A DNA stretch of 64,000 nucleotides, taken from assembly GCA_965207135.1 (NCBI GenBank), contig OZ242272.1:2750544-2814543 (forward strand), given 5' to 3'. A program made the translations under genes and the position numbers. A model generated the notes under the pieces. The model was not told the origin of the DNA and did not search any database. It saw only the letters and a list, made by a program, of their open reading frames with translations. The stretch is from Chloroflexota bacterium. Its GTDB lineage: Bacteria > Chloroflexota > UBA11872 > VXOZ01. Below are positions 59,109 through 64,000 of this stretch, piece after piece; position 1 is the stretch's first letter; each line of letters starts with the position of its first letter.

Positions 59109-60347
59109 TCAAACCGGCGCAGACTTCACGCGCTGTTCTTCGTCCGCCTGCGGATACGGGAAGCGGCGGCGCAGTGCCGAATAGAGACCAAACCCACCCA
59201 GGAGAAGCATGCCATCCACAACGAAGACTCCGGAGAGGGAGAGCGAGGCAAACATGCCGCTGGCGACGCGTCCGACGGCCGTGCCGCCCAAGCCCACGCT
59301 CGTCAGAAGTCCAAACCCTGCACCGCGCCGTTCCAGCGGCACGAAAGGCTCCGCCGCCGTATAGACTAGCGCCGGTATCGTACCCGTGAACAGCGACAGC
59401 AGCGGGCGAAAGACGAGCAGGTGCCAAAGCTGGCTCGCAAAGAAGAGCGGCACGCACACGATGGCGGCGCCGATGAGACCCGGCAGCACGGCAAGGTGCG
59501 CCAGACGGGTCGGGACAAAACGACCGACAAACCAGTTCGCCGCGACGTAGCTCGCCGCGCTGAGCGCGGTGACCAGTCCAACGGTAGCCGCGACCTGGTC
59601 CGCCGCGACGCCCAGCACCCGCAGGTAGAGCGGGATAATCGGCAGCGTGCTGCCCTCGGCATAGAACGAGACCAGCAGCACGATGGAGAGCATGCCCATT
59701 TGCGGCTGCGCGATGATCATCTGCCAGGGCGAGCCGGTTCCGGCTCCGGAGCGCTGCGGCTTCAGTCCTTCCCCGCCGGAATACATGAGCGCAACGATCC
59801 CGGTGGCAATCCAGAACATTATTCCACCCAGCACAAAGGCCGCTTTCAAGCCCCACACTAACGCGACAGCGCCCCCCATGGCCGGCGCAATAATGGGCGC
59901 GCCAAAGTTCACCATCTGCAGCCAGCCAAATGCCCGCACCATGTCATCGCGCGGCGCGTGCTCGGCAATGGCGGCGGCGAAAAACGTCCAGTAGACTCCG
60001 CAAATGCCAAAGAGCATGCGACCGATCAGGAGGTGCCACGGGCTCGTCGCCAATGCCAGAAGCGAAATGGTAATCCCGCCGACTCCAAGCCCGATCAGGG
60101 CCAAGGGCTTCAGCCCGATGCGATCGCCGACCAAGCCGAGGTAGGGCACCGATAGGGTTGAGGTGAGCGGCGTGATCGCCACCAGTACGCCGCTCCAGCG
60201 GGCGGCCTCGCCAATGTCGTCAATGCCCAACTCTTCCATATAGAGCGGTATGAACGGCAGGAATGCCGGTACGCCGAGTTGGGCGGTGAATGCCGCGAGG
60301 AGGACGGGAAAGAGACGCCGCTGCCAGGGTGTCACTAGCGGGGGCAT
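59109..60347 (-). CDS. MFS transporter (MdtG-like)
   Basis: PFIPLYMEELG..WSG, GLVGDRIGLK; about 12 TM helices. Confidence 0.85.
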   Translation of the reverse strand: MPPLVTPWQRRLFPVLLAAFTAQLGVPAFLPFIPLYMEELGIDDIGEAARWSGVLVAITPLTSTLSVPYLGLVGDRIGLKPLALIGLGVGGITISLLALATSPWHLLIGRMLFGICGVYWTFFAAAIAEHAPRDDMVRAFGWLQMVNFGAPIIAPAMGGAVALVWGLKAAFVLGGIMFWIATGIVALMYSGGEGLKPQRSGAGTGSPWQMIIAQPQMGMLSIVLLVSFYAEGSTLPIIPLYLRVLGVAADQVAATVGLVTALSAASYVAANWFVGRFVPTRLAHLAVLPGLIGAAIVCVPLFFASQLWHLLVFRPLLSLFTGTIPALVYTAAEPFVPLERRGAGFGLLTSVGLGGTAVGRVASGMFASLSLSGVFVVDGMLLLGGFGLYSALRRRFPYPQADEEQRVKSAPV

Positions 60348-61729
60348 CCCCAGGGATTGCTCGTGGCAAGCTTGGCCTCTTCCCAAAGGGAGTCAAGCTT
60401 CTCAATCGAATAGTCGCTCAAGTCGCGGCCTGCATGCCGGGCGACTTCTTCCATATAGGCGAAACGGCGGCGGAACTTGGCATTGGAGGCCCGCAAGGCC
60501 TCTTCCGCATCCACCTGCATCCATTTGGCGACTTGCGCTAAGACAAAGAGCACGTCGCCGAATTCTTCGAAGCGCTCGTCTGCGGATTCGGCGGCCACCA
60601 ATTCATCTATCTCTTCCCGCAGTTTTACTACGACGCCCTGGACGTCCGGCCAATCAAACCCCACCTTGACCACGGTGTTGCCAATTGCCTGCGCCGTTGC
60701 GAGACCGGAAAGAGACTGGGGAACCCGGTCCAAGAGCGAGTGCCGCTCTTTGCCCTGCGCCACGTGCTCTTCTTTCTTGATTTGTTCCCAGTTGGCCAGC
60801 GCCTGCGCGGCGCTGCCCACAGGACGGTCGCCAAAGACGTGGGGGTGCCGCCGCACAAGCTTCTCGCCGATACCGCGCACCACGTCGTCAAACGAGAAGT
60901 CCCCCTGCTCTTCCGCAACTTGCGCTTGAAAGTACACCTGCAGCAGCAAGTCGCCAAGCTCTTCGCGCAGGGCGGTCATGTCCTCTTCATCGAGTGCATC
61001 GATGACCTCGGCGGTCTCCTCGAGCAGATGCCGCTTCAGCGTCTGATGGGTCTGTTCCTGGTCCCAAGGGCAACCGTCGGGAGCGCGCAAGCGCGCCATG
61101 ATCCAACGGAGGGTCTCAGGCTCCTGCAGCCGCTCCAGGGGAGCGAGCGGCGGGAAATAGAGCACGTCGGCCTGTTGTGCCATCGCCTCGCTCAGCGGCA
61201 ATGATTGCGCCACAGGCGCAGAACTCCCACGAAGCGAGAGCACGTCAACGCGATGCGCCCTCGGATACTGCCGGACCAGCTTTTGTAGCTCGCGATTGGG
61301 GGTATTTGCCGCAACAACCACCAGAGCCACAGTCGGAGCGATACTCGGCTGCGCAGTACCGCTTACCACCGTGTGCACGGCGCTGCCAAGTGAAAGAGTT
61401 GCATACGCCCGCTCCAAGAGACTGGGCGCACCCACTATGTGTACTTTCCACGCCGCTTCGGTGGCCTTCCGCTGCAATTCGCGCGCCAACCCGTCATCCA
61501 GGAGTGGATTTCCCACGCTGACATAAGCAACGTCGTCCTCACTCATGAGCGCCGCACGAATTCTGTCCGCGCTCGCTTCCAAGACGCGCCCAGCAAAGTG
61601 CTGCTCCAGCAGAGGATTGCCAGGATTGCCGGCAAGAACCAACGTGGAATCCGCCAGGAATAGAGCCGCTTCATCGGGAAAACCGGAAGCGCCGCTCGGG
61701 TCTAGACCGAGGAGAAGCAACTTGGGCAT
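60335..61729 (-). CDS. mazG: MazG nucleoside triphosphate pyrophosphohydrolase with N-terminal tetrapyrrole-methylase-like domain (YabN-like)
   Basis: LRAPDGCPWDQEQTH, EELGDLLLQ, RRHPHVF, VGFDW and EEFGDVLF. Confidence 0.92.
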   Translation of the reverse strand: MPKLLLLGLDPSGASGFPDEAALFLADSTLVLAGNPGNPLLEQHFAGRVLEASADRIRAALMSEDDVAYVSVGNPLLDDGLARELQRKATEAAWKVHIVGAPSLLERAYATLSLGSAVHTVVSGTAQPSIAPTVALVVVAANTPNRELQKLVRQYPRAHRVDVLSLRGSSAPVAQSLPLSEAMAQQADVLYFPPLAPLERLQEPETLRWIMARLRAPDGCPWDQEQTHQTLKRHLLEETAEVIDALDEEDMTALREELGDLLLQVYFQAQVAEEQGDFSFDDVVRGIGEKLVRRHPHVFGDRPVGSAAQALANWEQIKKEEHVAQGKERHSLLDRVPQSLSGLATAQAIGNTVVKVGFDWPDVQGVVVKLREEIDELVAAESADERFEEFGDVLFVLAQVAKWMQVDAEEALRASNAKFRRRFAYMEEVARHAGRDLSDYSIEKLDSLWEEAKLATSNPWGCPR

Positions 61730-61957
61730 GGGAGGTTCCTTTCCTATCTGCGCCATTGTAACACGCCAAACTTCGCTGCCCCCGACTGGCTGGGACCGCC
61801 GTAGACTTCAACGGTCAAGCATAGATTTGCAGGGCAGGCACATGCCCATGTAGCCACGAACCACGCGTTGAAGTCGCTCCTGGGAGCGGGTAGAATGAGC
61901 ACAGTGGTCGCGTGTCTGATTCTTGTGAATCGCTCTGACTTACAACCACGAAAAACG

Positions 61958-63061
61958 ATGCAACTCAAGCGAACTTCTCTCTTTGAGTCCCATGTCGCAG
62001 CAGGCGCCAGAATAGTGCCTTTTGCGGGTTGGGAGATGCCCGTACAATATGAAGGCGTGATTGCGGAACACATGGCTGTGCGCAGTGCAATCGGCCTCTT
62101 CGACATCAGCCACATGGGCATCCTCGATTTTGCCGGTGACGGCGTCCGCGAATTCTTAGACGGCATCTTGACGAACAAAGTGTCCGACCTCGCCGAGAAC
62201 CAGATTCGCTATAGCCTGATATGCCGACCGGACGGCGGCATCCTGGACGACGTGCTTATCTACCGGTTGCCAACGCACTACCGGCTGGTGGTGAATGCCT
62301 CCAACACCGATAAGATCGTCGACTGGCTGGAACATCAAAACACGAGCCAGCATTGGTCCATTGACATCAGCGTGCAAAACAGTGCGCTTGCGCTCCTGGC
62401 CGTGCAAGGCCCAGGGGCCACCGCGCTCCTGCAGAACATGGTAGGAACCGCGGCCGATCTTGCCGCAGTGCGCTATTACCGCGGCACGCAGGCGCCGTTT
62501 CTCGGCAATACTATTACGATCACTCGCACCGGCTATACCGGTGAGGACGGTTTCGAACTCTTCGTCCCTGCCGCCGACGCAGGGGAGGCTTGGGCGACAA
62601 TACTCGAACAGGGAGCCCCGCACGGCATAGCGCCGGTCGGCCTCGGCGCCCGCGATACTCTGCGCTTGGAAGCCGGGTTGCCGCTGTACGGGCACGAGTT
62701 GGATGACGCGACGTCTCCCTTTGACGCGGGATTGCAGAAGTTCGTTCGTTTCAAGAATCGTCAATTCATTGGCAAAGAGGCTCTCTTGGAGGAGCGGCAA
62801 TTGGGCCCTGACCGGGAGTTGATCGGCCTGGAACTCATAGATCGCGGCATCGCGCGAGACGGCTGTCTCATCGTCGTGGCTGGCGAGGATGTCGGCGTCG
62901 TTACCAGCGGCACCTTCAGCCCAACGCTACAGAAGGCGATTGCGATAGCGAACGTAGAGACCGGGACTGCATTGGCGGGCACGACGGTCCACGTGCGCAT
63001 CCGCGCGGACCTGCGCGCAGCCAGAGTGGTCGCGCTTCCGTTCTATCAACGTCCGCGCTAA
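61958..63061 (+). CDS. gcvT: glycine cleavage system aminomethyltransferase T
   Basis: FAGWEMPVQY, FDISHMG, RTGYTGEDGFE and GARDTLRLEAG. Confidence 0.96.
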   Translation: MQLKRTSLFESHVAAGARIVPFAGWEMPVQYEGVIAEHMAVRSAIGLFDISHMGILDFAGDGVREFLDGILTNKVSDLAENQIRYSLICRPDGGILDDVLIYRLPTHYRLVVNASNTDKIVDWLEHQNTSQHWSIDISVQNSALALLAVQGPGATALLQNMVGTAADLAAVRYYRGTQAPFLGNTITITRTGYTGEDGFELFVPAADAGEAWATILEQGAPHGIAPVGLGARDTLRLEAGLPLYGHELDDATSPFDAGLQKFVRFKNRQFIGKEALLEERQLGPDRELIGLELIDRGIARDGCLIVVAGEDVGVVTSGTFSPTLQKAIAIANVETGTALAGTTVHVRIRADLRAARVVALPFYQRPR

Positions 63062-63274
63062 ACGGCTCCTTGCCCAAGAGTTCGTACCTGATGCTATCGG
63101 TCTCGCGTGCAATTCATGCGAAGAACTACAGTTGACATCTGCATTGAATGAGAACAGTTGCAAATCTTGGAAACTGTGAGAATCCATTAGAGGAAATGCG
63201 GTACCATTTGGCGGTACACAGGGAATTCTCTCGTACTGCAGCGCCGCGAGGAATGCACTTCAACGGAGAAGGAT

Positions 63275-63670
63275 ATGAACATACCGGATGAGTTGTGTTA
63301 TACCAAGGAACACGAGTGGGCCCGCATGGAGGACGACCTCTGCGTGATTGGCATTACCGATTTCGCACAAGGCGAACTCGGCGACATAGTCTATGTTGAG
63401 TTGCCGCAGCCGGGCACTCACGTGGATATGATGGGGGAGTTTGGGGTAGTGGAATCGGTGAAGACCGCTTCCGACCTTTTCTCGCCGCTTGCCGGTGAAA
63501 TCGTAGAGGTCAACGACGAGCTCACCGATAATCCGGAACTCGTCAATGACTCTCCCTACGAGGAAGGGTGGATGATCAAGCTCCGGCCCACAAACCTCGA
63601 TGAGGATTGGCCAACGCTCTTCGACGCCGCCGGCTATAAGTCGGTGCTCGCAGAATCCGGCGCGCATTAG
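63275..63670 (+). CDS. gcvH: glycine cleavage system H protein
   Basis: HEW, GITDFAQGELGDIVYVELP and lipoyl motif ESVK. Confidence 0.97.
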   Translation: MNIPDELCYTKEHEWARMEDDLCVIGITDFAQGELGDIVYVELPQPGTHVDMMGEFGVVESVKTASDLFSPLAGEIVEVNDELTDNPELVNDSPYEEGWMIKLRPTNLDEDWPTLFDAAGYKSVLAESGAH

Positions 63671-63839
63671 AGTGCTTGCTACTAGCGCTAACGGGCGGCA
63701 TCTTGGCTACAGAGAGAGTATTTGTCAATCTAGTATGATTAGCTGTGCTCCTCAGATCGAAGAATTGCTAGCTTCCTCGCTGCCTTTGGGACAATACGGG
63801 TTGGCTTGAGTAGTTGCACTAGACGTACCCCTCTCTAAA

Positions 63840-63876
63840 TGTCATTCCGAACGCAGCGCAGCGAAGTGAGGAATCT
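63840..63876. repeat. GTCATTC...GAATCT REP-like palindrome
   Basis: tgtcattccgaacgcagcgcagcgaagtgaggaatct, 13 bp upstream of the GIY-YIG gene. Confidence 0.65.
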
Positions 63877-63889
63877 AAAAAATCTGCCT

Positions 63890-64000
63890 GTGATTCAAAA
63901 CAGACACTACTACGTATATATTTTGACTAATAGAGTCAGGACGCTCTATGTTGGCGTTACTAACGACTTGGAGCGGCGTATCCACGAGCATAAGCAAAAA
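63890..64000 (+). CDS. GIY-YIG nuclease family protein (partial, runs off the right edge)
   Basis: Manual translation MIQNRHYYVYILTNRVRTLYVGVTNDLERRIHEHKQK carries the YVY..LYVG..RR..EH motif. Confidence 0.88.
   Translation, partial: MIQNRHYYVYILTNRVRTLYVGVTNDLERRIHEHKQK

Noticed and set aside
61730-61957. Glycine riboswitch upstream of gcvT
   Set aside because: No GGAGA..CCGAAG..CTCTCAGG aptamer motifs; the region holds only promoter-like elements

Overview
GC-rich bacterial chromosomal window, probably Chloroflexota (inferred from gene content and protein style). Most genes are housekeeping or metabolic: partial mutS, rho, rnhA, tmRNA (tag ANKHDFALAA), tRNA-Leu(GAG), tldD/tldE, selD, grpE-dnaJ-prmA, mtaB, galE, mazG and gcvT/gcvH. 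AT-richer defence islets interrupt them: a CBASS locus (CapV-like patatin, CD-NTase, E2-like protein) with divergent CapH/CapP-like regulators, a HicAB pair, a type II R-M pair, and a damaged DUF6978/DUF1828-DUF1829 module. Several recoding signals are missed by the ORF track. The CBASS E2 gene is split at an in-frame A_AAA_AAG slippery heptamer, and a -1 shift there adds a SEC-C zinc motif. selD has an in-frame UGA (selenocysteine), and an IscA/HesB-like gene probably has a C-terminal Sec followed by a SECIS-like hairpin. Several families of REP-like palindromes are scattered through the window; one is translated in-frame inside galE and another abuts a GIY-YIG gene at the right edge. All family assignments come from motif recognition; no database search was run.
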